Source: Bacteroidales bacterium (GTDB lineage: Bacteria > Bacteroidota > Bacteroidia > Bacteroidales > UBA932). From it: a stretch of 64,000 bases of DNA. Position 1 is the first letter of the stretch. Each line of letters begins with the position of its first letter. Position numbers and translations under genes: made by a program. The notes below the pieces were generated by a model that had not been told where the DNA came from, made no database searches, and saw nothing but the letters and a program-made list of their open reading frames with translations. Shown here piece by piece: positions 29,139 through 38,139 of the stretch. The DNA lies in the NCBI GenBank assembly GCA_017617495.1, contig JAFZWD010000032.1, forward strand, positions 4,709-68,708, written 5' to 3'.

Positions 29139-29849
29139 ATGGGTAAACTCTACGAAGAACTCTGCAAGGACTACCGCTTCAAGGAAGGCATGCACACCTG
29201 CATAAACTGCGGTACATGCACTGCAATATGCCCTGCGGCGGAATTCTACCGTTACGATCCGCGCAAAATAGTGGACACGGTGCAGCGGCAGAACGATGAG
29301 GAAATCGAGGCCCTGCTCAAAAGCGAAACCATCTGGTACTGCGGCGAATGCATGTCCTGCGTAACCCGCTGCCCCCGAAAGAACGGCGCCGGACTTATCA
29401 TTATGGCCCTGCGCAACCTTTCCATAAAGCTCGGCTATTTTACGGAATCCGAAAAGGGCAGGCAGATTTACCCCCTCACACGTGTGCTGACCGGCAATGT
29501 ACTTAAGCTTGGCTACTGTGTGCATCCGGCAACCTATAAATATGAGGATCACCCGGAGTCGGGGCCCGTTTACGAATGGGTGCTGAACAACAAGGAAGAG
29601 GTCTTCGGGCGCCTTGGTGCGAATTATCGCGGCCAGGGCACAGGCATCCTGCGCGAGATACCCCAAAATGACCTTGACGAGCTGCAGGCTATATTCGACG
29701 AGACCGGCGGCACAGAAAGAATCAAGTTGGTGGAGGAAGCCTCCCGCAAGAAGGCGGCGGAGATGGGCATGACGCCTGACGAGTATGCATCCTACGCCTT
29801 TACACATTGCTCCAGAGGGCATTTCAACAGCGAAAAAGAGACATTATGA
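29139..29849 (+). CDS. hdrC: Heterodisulfide reductase subunit C-like 2x[4Fe-4S] protein
   Basis: CINCGTCTAICP and CGECMSCVTRCP. Confidence 0.85.
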   Translation: MGKLYEELCKDYRFKEGMHTCINCGTCTAICPAAEFYRYDPRKIVDTVQRQNDEEIEALLKSETIWYCGECMSCVTRCPRKNGAGLIIMALRNLSIKLGYFTESEKGRQIYPLTRVLTGNVLKLGYCVHPATYKYEDHPESGPVYEWVLNNKEEVFGRLGANYRGQGTGILREIPQNDLDELQAIFDETGGTERIKLVEEASRKKAAEMGMTPDEYASYAFTHCSRGHFNSEKETL

Positions 29850-30916
29850 TATATCAGGGCAAACAGAAAATCTGGTCCGAATACCAGAAGGAAATCCCCG
29901 ACGACCATTGGTTCTACGTGCGGAGCTGCATCCGCCAGAGCTTCTTCCCGGGAGCCGAAAAGCACTTTCTGAAGATTACCAGGGACCTGCTTGGCAAGGA
30001 TATATACGAGACCGAGCATCATACCACCTGCGGCGGCATAGCATATCACTGCGACACAATTCCGCAGGAGACGGCAATGACAATAGTGGCGCGTCAGTTT
30101 GCGCTGATGACAGAGGCCGGATATGAGAATCTGGTGGCGTCCTGCATAACTTCGTTCGGCAATTACTGCGAGACGATAGAAACCTGGCGCGAGTTCCCCG
30201 AGCTTGAGGCGCGAATCCGCGAGCATCTGTGGAAGGCCTGCAGGCGCGAGTTCAAGGTGCCCAAGTATGTTGCCCACGCCAGCGACCTTATCTATAAGTT
30301 CCGCGGTGAGATAGCCGAAAAGGCCAAATTCCACCTTGTAAATAAAGCGACCGGTGAGCCGCTGCGCATTGTAGAGCATATCGGCTGCCATTATTCCAAG
30401 ATGTTCCCCCACAAGGGCGTGGGCGGAGCGGAGTATCCCTGCGTGCTGAGCGGCATGGCCGAGGCGTGGGGCGGGGAAGTGATAGACTATCCCGAACGCA
30501 GGCATTGCTGCGGTTTCGGCTTCAGGCAGTATCTTGTAAGGGCCAACAGGGGCTATTCGATGTCCAACACCCACAAGAAATTCGAGTCTATGGAGCCCTA
30601 TCATCCGGATGTGATCATCACAAACTGCCCCGGCTGTCCTTTCTTCCTGGACCGCTGGCAGTACGTGATTTCCGAGACCGAAGGCAAGACCTACGGCCAG
30701 AACGGATACGGAATCCCGGTTCTGACTTATGAAGAACTCGCCGGCCTTGTACTCGGCTACGACCCCTGGGACCTCGGCCTGCAGATGCACCAGGTTGCGG
30801 TAGAACCGCTTCTGGACAAGATGGGCGTGCCTTACGAGCCTTCCAAAAAGTATCTTGGCCTGGACGAAAAAGAGATTATGAAACCCGGACTGCCCACAGT
30901 CCTGAAATGTTGTTAG
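29846..30916 (+). CDS. hdrB: Heterodisulfide reductase subunit B-like CCG protein
   Basis: RSC, HTTCGG, SCITS, HIGCH, HCCGFG, NCPGC; ATGA overlap with hdrC. Confidence 0.85.
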   Translation: MIYQGKQKIWSEYQKEIPDDHWFYVRSCIRQSFFPGAEKHFLKITRDLLGKDIYETEHHTTCGGIAYHCDTIPQETAMTIVARQFALMTEAGYENLVASCITSFGNYCETIETWREFPELEARIREHLWKACRREFKVPKYVAHASDLIYKFRGEIAEKAKFHLVNKATGEPLRIVEHIGCHYSKMFPHKGVGGAEYPCVLSGMAEAWGGEVIDYPERRHCCGFGFRQYLVRANRGYSMSNTHKKFESMEPYHPDVIITNCPGCPFFLDRWQYVISETEGKTYGQNGYGIPVLTYEELAGLVLGYDPWDLGLQMHQVAVEPLLDKMGVPYEPSKKYLGLDEKEIMKPGLPTVLKCC

Positions 30917-30919
30917 ATT

Positions 30920-31936
30920 ATGACAGGTAACGTTGCAGTTGTCGGCGGAGGAATAGCCGGACTCGAGACCGCCGTGCGCCTGAAAGCTCTCGGCTGGAAT
31001 CCGATAATCATCGAAAAGAGCAGCTCGCTCGGCGGCCATGTGGCGGAGTGGAACTGCCTTTTCCCGGACCTTGCCCCCGCGGACAAACTCGTCAAAGAAC
31101 TTGTGGACGCGGCAGACGGCATCGAAATCCACACCGATACCGAAATCGCATCCATATTCTATACGCGCAAGAGCTACAGCATCGTGCTGAGCGACGGCAG
31201 CCGTTTCATGTGCGACTCTTTGGTGCTGGCGACGGGCTTCTCGCTGTTCCAGGCGGAGAAGAAGGAGGAGTACGGCTACGGCATTTACGACCATGTGATT
31301 ACCAACCGTGACCTCGAGCTCTGGTTCAATACAGGCAGCGACGAGCGTGTGCCGTCCGACCCCAAGGCGATAGGTTTCGTGCACTGCGTGGGTTCCCGCG
31401 ACATCAAGGCAGGCAATACCCAGTGCTCCAAGGTCTGCTGCATCACTGCAATCAAGCAGGCGATAGAGCTGAAGGAGAAGTTCCCCAAGGCAGAGATTTA
31501 CTGCTTCTACATGGACCTGAGGCTCTTCGGACGCAAGTACGAAGATTTCTACATCCGCGCACAGCGCGATATGGGAATACACTTTATCCGCGGACGCGTT
31601 TCGGAAGTTTCCGAGACAATCGACGGGCGCGTGTTCGTAAAGGCCGAGGATACGCTCTCCGGCAAGCCCCTGCGTGTGAGCCTTGACCTGCTGGTGCTGA
31701 TGGCAGGCATAGTCTGCAACAGGGAGAATACGACTCTTGCGGAAAGCATATCCGTCCAGACCGACGAGGACGGCTTCTTCCGCAGCAGGGACAATATTAC
31801 CCATATTACCGAATCCGACAGGCCGGGTGTGTTCTTTGCAGGCACATGCACAGGCCCCAAGACCATCCCGGAAACCCTGGCCGAGGCCCGTTCTGCGGCC
31901 ATTTCGGTGGACGCTTACCTTAAATCGCTCAAGTGA
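30920..31936 (+). CDS. hdrA: Short HdrA-like FAD/[4Fe-4S] protein
   Basis: VVGGGIAG, HCVGSRD, CSKVCC, YMDLR, FIRGR, GTCTGPKTIPE. Confidence 0.88.
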   Translation: MTGNVAVVGGGIAGLETAVRLKALGWNPIIIEKSSSLGGHVAEWNCLFPDLAPADKLVKELVDAADGIEIHTDTEIASIFYTRKSYSIVLSDGSRFMCDSLVLATGFSLFQAEKKEEYGYGIYDHVITNRDLELWFNTGSDERVPSDPKAIGFVHCVGSRDIKAGNTQCSKVCCITAIKQAIELKEKFPKAEIYCFYMDLRLFGRKYEDFYIRAQRDMGIHFIRGRVSEVSETIDGRVFVKAEDTLSGKPLRVSLDLLVLMAGIVCNRENTTLAESISVQTDEDGFFRSRDNITHITESDRPGVFFAGTCTGPKTIPETLAEARSAAISVDAYLKSLK

Positions 31937-32274
31937 TGGATTTCGGTTTCTCGCTTTCTCCCAGCTCCGCTGTGAATCTCGACAGGACCGACATGTCGCT
32001 GTACGAGATGCTCTGCGACCGTGAGCCTACGGCACGCACCTGCATAGGATGCGGCAGCTGCAGCGCAACCTGCACGGCTTCGGCCATCAGCGGAATGAGC
32101 GTCCGCAAGGTGCTTCTGGGCATCCAGAGAGGCCAGTACCGCGAGGTGGAGAAGATGCTTTCGCACTGCATGCTCTGCGGCAAATGCACTATGGTATGCC
32201 CGCGCGGAGTCAATACTCGCCACCTTATTCTTGAACTCTGCCGCCTTTACGGCAATTCCGAAGGAGAGCTATGA
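31936..32274 (+). CDS. Small HdrC-like 2x[4Fe-4S] protein
   Basis: CIGCGSCSATC and CMLCGKCTMVCP. Confidence 0.82.
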   Translation: MDFGFSLSPSSAVNLDRTDMSLYEMLCDREPTARTCIGCGSCSATCTASAISGMSVRKVLLGIQRGQYREVEKMLSHCMLCGKCTMVCPRGVNTRHLILELCRLYGNSEGEL

Positions 32275-34082
32275 GAGAGAGGTTTGCATCTGGTTTCGAT
32301 CCGTTTGTCATTCCGTTCCTCATCGGAATGGCCTTCGTGCTGGGCTACTGCCTCTTCGGCATGCTCCGCATCTGGTTCCAGCTGCCGCGCAAGGACCGCC
32401 GCAAAGTCGTGCTTTCGCTCATCACCCCCAAGGGCATCTGGAAGAACGTCAAGGACATCTTCGCCAACTGCCTTCTGCACGTAAAGCTCTGGAAGCGCAA
32501 TCCGGTGCTGGGCTATATGCACTCAAGCATAGCCTTCGGCTGGTTCATGCTGATTGTGCTGGGACATATCGAGGTCTGGCTCTTCCTTCCCGAAAGGCTT
32601 CGCCTCTTCTATTATCCCATTTTCTTCAACTTCTTTGTCGCGGAGAGCGAATCCACCATCCAGGGCGCGGTTATCTTCTTCCTGATGGACTTCTTCCTGC
32701 TGGTGGTGCTGAGCGGCATAGTGCTGGCGATGATCAAGAGGGTGCGCTCCCGCATCTTCGGCATGCGCCGCACCACGAACCCCAGCTTTCTGGACCGCAT
32801 CGGGCTGTATGCCCTCTGGTCCATCTTTCCGCTGAGGCTCCTGTGCGAGAGCTTTACCGCCCATATCAGCGGCGGCAGCTTCCTCACGCTCCCGATGAAC
32901 TGGATTTTCCGGCAGTTCCTGGGCAATTCGATGAACGCGCTGCCAACCTGGTGGGCATATTCCATAGCGCTGGGCGTGTTCATGTGCGTGCTGCCCTTCA
33001 CCCGCTACATGCATATCCCGGCAGAGATGATGCTGATTCCGTTGCGTAACGCCGGGCTGCACATCCTCCATCCCCGCAAGGGCTTTGCGCGGCTCCAGTT
33101 CTTCTCCTGCCCGGGCTGCGGCGTCTGCATCGACGCCTGCCCGATGAGTGCGAAGAAGGAAAACATCAAGGACTGCACGGTCTACCTGAACCGCCAGCTG
33201 AGGCGCGGCAACGAGGAGCGCATCGAGCAGATAAGCGACAAGTGCCTCCTGTGCGGCAAGTGTACCGCCGTCTGCCAGGTGGGAGTACAGGGGCCCGAAA
33301 TGCGCATAGCGCAGAGAATGCTGCGCAGATATGCCGTAAACCAGCATTATACCGACATCGACCCGACCAAGTTTGTGCCTGAGGGAGGTTCGTCGGCCAA
33401 GGTGCTTTATTTCGCCGGATGCATGACGCATCTGACGCCTGCAATCGGCCGCTCGGTGCGCTCTGTGCTGGATAAGGCGGGAGTTGGCTTCAAGATGATG
33501 GATCCCGATGGCGGCCTGTGCTGCGGCCGCCCGATGATGATGGCGGGACGCCGGGAGCAGACGCGCGAGCTTATCCGCATCAATACCGATATTATCCGCG
33601 CCTCCGGCTGCAATACGCTGCTGCTCAGCTGTCCCATCTGCTACCGCATCTTCAAGGAAAAGTATTCCCTTGAGGGCATCCGCGTGGTGCATCACAGCGT
33701 CTATTTCGACGAACTGATAAAGCAGGGGAGGCTTAAGATTTCCGGTAAAACGCTCAGGAAACTGGCGTATCACGATCCCTGCGAACTCGGGCGCGGATGC
33801 GGCATCTACGAGCAGCCCCGTTCGGCAGTTTCCGCCGTGGGAACTCTTGTGGAGGCAGAAAAGAACCGCGAGGAGAGCATCTGCTGCGGCGGAAGCCTCG
33901 GCAGCCTGAGCCTCAGCTACGAGAAGCGTAAGGACATCACACTCGCATCGCTCAGGAACCTGACGGTGGCGGATCCCGACACAATTGTGACCGCCTGCCC
34001 GCTCTGCCAGACCACCTACGGCAATTATTCCGAGATTCCTGTTAAAGACATTGCACAACTCATTGACGACGCTTCAAAATAA
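32271..34082 (+). CDS. Membrane Fe-S oxidoreductase (TM domain + 2x[4Fe-4S] + 2 CCG; HdrF/HdrED-like)
   Basis: Several N-terminal TM helices with His residues; CPGCGVCIDACP, CLLCGKCTAVC; LCCG, HDPC, ICCGG, ACPLC. Confidence 0.82.
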   Translation: MRERFASGFDPFVIPFLIGMAFVLGYCLFGMLRIWFQLPRKDRRKVVLSLITPKGIWKNVKDIFANCLLHVKLWKRNPVLGYMHSSIAFGWFMLIVLGHIEVWLFLPERLRLFYYPIFFNFFVAESESTIQGAVIFFLMDFFLLVVLSGIVLAMIKRVRSRIFGMRRTTNPSFLDRIGLYALWSIFPLRLLCESFTAHISGGSFLTLPMNWIFRQFLGNSMNALPTWWAYSIALGVFMCVLPFTRYMHIPAEMMLIPLRNAGLHILHPRKGFARLQFFSCPGCGVCIDACPMSAKKENIKDCTVYLNRQLRRGNEERIEQISDKCLLCGKCTAVCQVGVQGPEMRIAQRMLRRYAVNQHYTDIDPTKFVPEGGSSAKVLYFAGCMTHLTPAIGRSVRSVLDKAGVGFKMMDPDGGLCCGRPMMMAGRREQTRELIRINTDIIRASGCNTLLLSCPICYRIFKEKYSLEGIRVVHHSVYFDELIKQGRLKISGKTLRKLAYHDPCELGRGCGIYEQPRSAVSAVGTLVEAEKNREESICCGGSLGSLSLSYEKRKDITLASLRNLTVADPDTIVTACPLCQTTYGNYSEIPVKDIAQLIDDASK

Positions 34083-34115
34083 TTTCATATATTAGCGGAG
34101 TTAACCGAGTAGTGT

Positions 34116-35474
34116 ATGAGTACAAAGCGTTTTATTCTCCCGGAGTCGGAGATTCCCACACAATGGTATAATATAGTGGCGGAAATGCCCAACAAGCCCC
34201 TTCCTCCCATCAATCCGGCCACGAAGGAGCCTCTTAAGGCTGAGGACCTGTATCCGGTTTTCTGCGAGGAGTGTGCGCGCCAGGAGCTCAATACCAAGGA
34301 TGCCTTCATCGACATCCCCGAGCCCGTGCTGGAGCAGTACAAGAACTATCGCGCAACACCACTGGTACGTGCTTACGGCCTGGAGAAGGCGCTTGATACT
34401 CCCGCTCACATCTATTTTAAGAACGAGAGCGTCAATCCGCTCGGCTCGCACAAGCTGAATTCAGCCCTCGCGCAGGCATATTATGCCAAGATGGAGGGAA
34501 CCACCAATATCACTACCGAGACCGGAGCCGGCCAGTGGGGTGCAGCCCTTTCGTATGCCGCCAAGGCGTTCGGGCTCGAAGCTGCCGTCTATATGGTTAA
34601 GATCAGTTTCGAGCAGAAGCCCTACCGCCGCAGCATCATGCAGACTTTCGGCGCGCAGGTGACGGCTTCGCCGTCGATGTCTACAAAGGCCGGCCGTAAG
34701 ATTCTTACGGAGAATCCTACGCATCAGGGTTCGCTCGGCACTGCCATCTCCGAGGCCGTGGAGCTCGCTCTCAATACTCCTCACTGCAAGTATGTGCTTG
34801 GCTCAGTGCTCAATCACGTCTGCCTGCACCAGACCGTTATCGGCCAGGAGGCCGAGAAGCAGATGGCCATGGCAGGGGAGTATCCCGACACCGTAATCGC
34901 CTGCTTCGGCGGCGGGTCGAATTTCTGCGGGCTTGCGCTTCCGTTCATGCGGCACAAGATCCTCGAAGGCCGCAATACCCGGTTTATTGCAGGCGAGCCG
35001 GCGTCCTGCCCGAAGCTTACCAAGGGTAAGTTTGCCTATGATTTCGGAGATGAGGCCGGTTATACGCCGCTCCTCCCGATGTTCACGCTCGGGCACAATT
35101 TCAAGCCCGCAAATATCCACGCCGGCGGCCTTCGCTATCACGGTTCAGGCGCCATTGTCGCGCAGCTTCTCAAGGACGGCTATATGGAGGCCGTCGATGT
35201 CGAGCAGCTGGATTCTTTCAAGGCCGGAGTGCTGTTTGCCCGCAGCGAGGGTATCATTCCCGCGCCGGAGTCCTGCCACGCCATTGCGGCGACGGTTGCG
35301 GAGGCGCTGAAGGCTAAGGAAGCGGGGGAGAGTAAGGTTATTCTGTTCAATCTCTCCGGGCACGGCCTCGTCGACATGGCCGCATACGACCAGTATTTCG
35401 CCGGCGACCTCGTCAATCACGACGTCACCGCCGACGACATCGCCGCCACCCTCCGCGACAGCGGTATAGCTTAG
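34116..35474 (+). CDS. trpB2: TrpB-like PLP enzyme (TrpB2)
   Basis: IPTQWYN, GSHKLN (PLP Lys), TETGAGQWG, GSLGTAISEA, HAGGLRYHG, PAPES. Confidence 0.92.
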   Translation: MSTKRFILPESEIPTQWYNIVAEMPNKPLPPINPATKEPLKAEDLYPVFCEECARQELNTKDAFIDIPEPVLEQYKNYRATPLVRAYGLEKALDTPAHIYFKNESVNPLGSHKLNSALAQAYYAKMEGTTNITTETGAGQWGAALSYAAKAFGLEAAVYMVKISFEQKPYRRSIMQTFGAQVTASPSMSTKAGRKILTENPTHQGSLGTAISEAVELALNTPHCKYVLGSVLNHVCLHQTVIGQEAEKQMAMAGEYPDTVIACFGGGSNFCGLALPFMRHKILEGRNTRFIAGEPASCPKLTKGKFAYDFGDEAGYTPLLPMFTLGHNFKPANIHAGGLRYHGSGAIVAQLLKDGYMEAVDVEQLDSFKAGVLFARSEGIIPAPESCHAIAATVAEALKAKEAGESKVILFNLSGHGLVDMAAYDQYFAGDLVNHDVTADDIAATLRDSGIA

Positions 35475-35478
35475 TTTC

Positions 35479-35588
35479 TTATCGCCGCCTTTCCCCTTCC
35501 GCGTTGGGCAAAGGGCAGCCAGGAGTCCCACAAGGGGAGCTCCAGTCTGCATTGCCCGACCCGAAAGGCTCTCGCGCGGCTGCGATAA
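35479..35588 (+). repeat. Family-1 structured repeat, copy B
   Basis: Terminal stem TTATCGCCGCC/GGCTGCGATAA; core GAGTCCCACAAGGGGAGCTC at 35523-35542. Confidence 0.92.
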
Positions 35589-36218
35589 TTATTTCGTGCC
35601 GAAGATACGGTCGCCGGCATCGCCGAGACCGGGAACGATATACGCGTTCTCGTTGAGCTTTTCGTCAACGGCGGCGACGTAGATGTCGACATCCGGATGT
35701 TCAGCCTGAACCTTGGAGATACCCTCAGGCACGCCGACGAGGCACATCAGACGGATATTGGTGCAGCCGCGCTCCTTGAGCATAGAGAGGGCGTCGCAGG
35801 CGCTGCCGCCGGTTGCAAGCATCGGGTCGGTAACAATTACCAGACGGTCCTTGATATCGGAAGGAAGCTTGCAGAAATAAACTACCGGCTTGTGGGTTTC
35901 TTCGTTGCGGTAAAGACCGATATGGCCGACCTTTGCAACAGGAACCAGGGTCTGGAGGCCTTCAACCATACCCATACCTGCGCGCAGAATAGGAACGATA
36001 GCGAGTTTGCGCCCGGAGACCTCCTTCGCCTTCATCTTGCAGATAGGAGTCTCGATTTCGACATCCTCGAGGGGAATATCGCGGGTGACCTCGTAACCCA
36101 TAAGGAGCGAAATCTCTTTAAGCAGTTCCCGGAAATCCTTGGATCCGGTTTCCTTCTTACGCATAATGGTCAGCTTGTGCTGAATCATGGGGTGGTTGAT
36201 AACGTGTACCTGGCTCAT
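35589..36218 (-). CDS. upp: Uracil phosphoribosyltransferase
   Basis: [40 protein letters not shown]. Confidence 0.95.
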   Translation of the reverse strand: MSQVHVINHPMIQHKLTIMRKKETGSKDFRELLKEISLLMGYEVTRDIPLEDVEIETPICKMKAKEVSGRKLAIVPILRAGMGMVEGLQTLVPVAKVGHIGLYRNEETHKPVVYFCKLPSDIKDRLVIVTDPMLATGGSACDALSMLKERGCTNIRLMCLVGVPEGISKVQAEHPDVDIYVAAVDEKLNENAYIVPGLGDAGDRIFGTK

Positions 36219-36267
36219 TTTAGAATGAATGTTTGATTTCGTCTACGAAGATAGTGAATAAAATTCA

Positions 36268-36298
36268 AAGCCGGCATCTGGCGACACCGGCTTTTTTG
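36268..36298. terminator. Terminator-like hairpin upstream of upp
   Basis: AAAGCCGG-loop-CCGGCTTTTTT. Confidence 0.6.
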
Positions 36299-36420
36299 AA
36301 GTTTAGGTTAAGTTATTTATTCAGGGCCGGCCGGTTTAGGTTGGCAGTATGGGTATCTGGCCAGTTCCCTGATCCTCTTGCAATGCAAATTTCGTAACAT
36401 CAGTCGGCACCTGCAACTAA

Positions 36421-36490
36421 ATGTGATAGGGATAAAATATATGTGACGAAAATGCCGAATTTGGGACTAAAGTGGCGATTTTAGGGACAA
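36421..36490. promoter_or_regulatory. Putative LytTR operator: four direct repeats at 20-21 bp period
   Basis: TGTGATA (36422), TGTGACG (36442), TGGGACT (36462), AGGGACA (36483). Confidence 0.5.
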
Positions 36491-36537
36491 AATCAGGAAA
36501 TTTTGTATATTTGTCCCAGCAAAATTGTGATTAAATT

Positions 36538-37356
36538 ATGCATACTTTGCCCCCAATTTTCTTTAAAATGTCCACCCGTGTGGTGAACTTTCTTGTCTGC
36601 ACATTCTTTTTCCTGCTTTTCATAGCCGTATACAACCCATTCCATCTTGACACGATTCTGGATATGGACGAAGGGCTCTATACCTTCAATGTCTCCATAA
36701 TGACTGCAATCGTCCTGGTGATCCTTGGTGGATTGGGCACGGCGTTTCACTTCCTGCGCAAGGCGCATAAGGTCACCTGGGCCCATTATATAGTATGGAG
36801 TATGGGGGAAGTGATGATAGTGGCGGTCTTCATCTCGCTGTACATCCACCTGATGTTCAAGGGAGAGTATCCCTACTTCACCGTCCTGATGCACTGCGTA
36901 GGCCATTGCTACGGCATTCTGATATATCCTTATGTGATTCTTGCCCTGTCGTACAATATGGCAGCCTACCACATTCGCGAGAAGCAGATGAAGGCCAAGG
37001 TTGCTTACGACGATTCGCTCATCCGCTTCTACGATGAGCATCAGCAGGTTAAATTCATCATTGCCCAGAGCGCAGTTCTTTATATCAACGCTGACGAAAA
37101 CTACGTAAACATCTACTATCAGGAAGGCTCAAGGACAAAGAAATATGTCCTCCGCACCTCTATGCGCTCGCTGGAAGACACGGCTGGCAAGCATGGTCTG
37201 GTGCGCTGCCAGCGCTCATACTACGTCAATCCGGATCACGTAAAGATTCTCCGAAAGGATGTCGGCGGTTTTATCTTCGCCGACCTTGACGTAGACGGTC
37301 TTCAGAGCATCCCCGTCAGCAAACGCTACCAGGATTCGCTTGCAAAATTGCTATAA
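36538..37356 (+). CDS. Membrane-anchored LytTR-family transcriptional regulator
   Basis: Four N-terminal TM segments; C-terminal YINADENYV, VRCQRSYYVN, IPVSKRY. Confidence 0.88.
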   Translation: MHTLPPIFFKMSTRVVNFLVCTFFFLLFIAVYNPFHLDTILDMDEGLYTFNVSIMTAIVLVILGGLGTAFHFLRKAHKVTWAHYIVWSMGEVMIVAVFISLYIHLMFKGEYPYFTVLMHCVGHCYGILIYPYVILALSYNMAAYHIREKQMKAKVAYDDSLIRFYDEHQQVKFIIAQSAVLYINADENYVNIYYQEGSRTKKYVLRTSMRSLEDTAGKHGLVRCQRSYYVNPDHVKILRKDVGGFIFADLDVDGLQSIPVSKRYQDSLAKLL

Positions 37357-37462
37357 TCGCCGCCGCGCGGGAGCCTTTCGGGACGGTGTAATGCCGGCCG
37401 GAGCTCCCCTTGTGGGACTCGGACGGCCCTTTACCCGAAGCGGAGGGGGGCGGCGAGTTATA
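37352..37462 (-). repeat. Family-1 structured repeat, copy C
   Basis: Core reads GAGCTCCCCTTGTGGGACTC at 37401-37420 on plus (reverse complement of the core); terminal stem TATAA-TCGCCGCC/GGCGGCGAG-TTATA. Confidence 0.92.
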
Positions 37463-38075
37463 ATCTGCCGATAAGGAAGGATTCCAGCGCCCGGCGGGTG
37501 CGGAAGTTGACGGCGAGGTCGGCGGGGGAGGCACCCTGGGCGAGGGTAAGGCCTCCGCAGATGTCGGCTCCGGCGAAGCGTTTGCCTGCGAGGGCGTCGT
37601 CGATGCGCTGCAGGAGTTCAGGCAGCCGCATCGCGCCCTGGTCCCAGTTGGTGCGGGCATCATCCCTGCACAGCACATCAAGATCTATCGAAAGATAAAC
37701 CTCCGGGGCGTCGTCGCGCACCAGGGGATTGGCGCGGGCTTCGAGCATCCAACTGCCGCAACTCAGGACGTCAGCGCCAAAGGCGGGGGCCTGGTCGTCA
37801 GGATGGTTGTCGAAAAGAATCAGGCGGGCGGGGGAGGCAAGTTTCTGCAGCCAGAGGGCGCTCATATAATGGTAGTCGCCGGTGTCGATCCAGTGAATCG
37901 AGCGGCAGGGGCACGGAGCGATGGCATTTTCCAGCTGGGCGCGGGCAGAACCGTCGAGATAGCAGCTGGTACCCGGAATTTCGCTGAAATCCAGCAGGAT
38001 AGAATCGCCGGCAGGGCTCCATCCCTCGTCGGAATAGACACCGCTGAAACTGCAAACTGTCTGCTTTAAAGCCAT
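37458..38075 (-). CDS. Short arginase/ureohydrolase-family protein
   Basis: DTGDYHY, FDNHPD, YLSIDLDVL, GADICG. Confidence 0.78.
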   Translation of the reverse strand: MALKQTVCSFSGVYSDEGWSPAGDSILLDFSEIPGTSCYLDGSARAQLENAIAPCPCRSIHWIDTGDYHYMSALWLQKLASPARLILFDNHPDDQAPAFGADVLSCGSWMLEARANPLVRDDAPEVYLSIDLDVLCRDDARTNWDQGAMRLPELLQRIDDALAGKRFAGADICGGLTLAQGASPADLAVNFRTRRALESFLIGRL

Positions 38076-38139
38076 AATCTCACGGCAAAATTAGGAATTT
38101 TCCAAAATTATCAATAATTTTGTATGATTTGGTTGCAAA

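Noticed and set aside
37352-37462. Family-1 repeat as a twister, hammerhead or HDV ribozyme
   Set aside because: Only superficial GCGGAGGGGG and GTCCC..AAG similarity, on opposite strands. No conserved UAA cleavage site and no CUGANGA/GAAA core. cmscan is still advisable.
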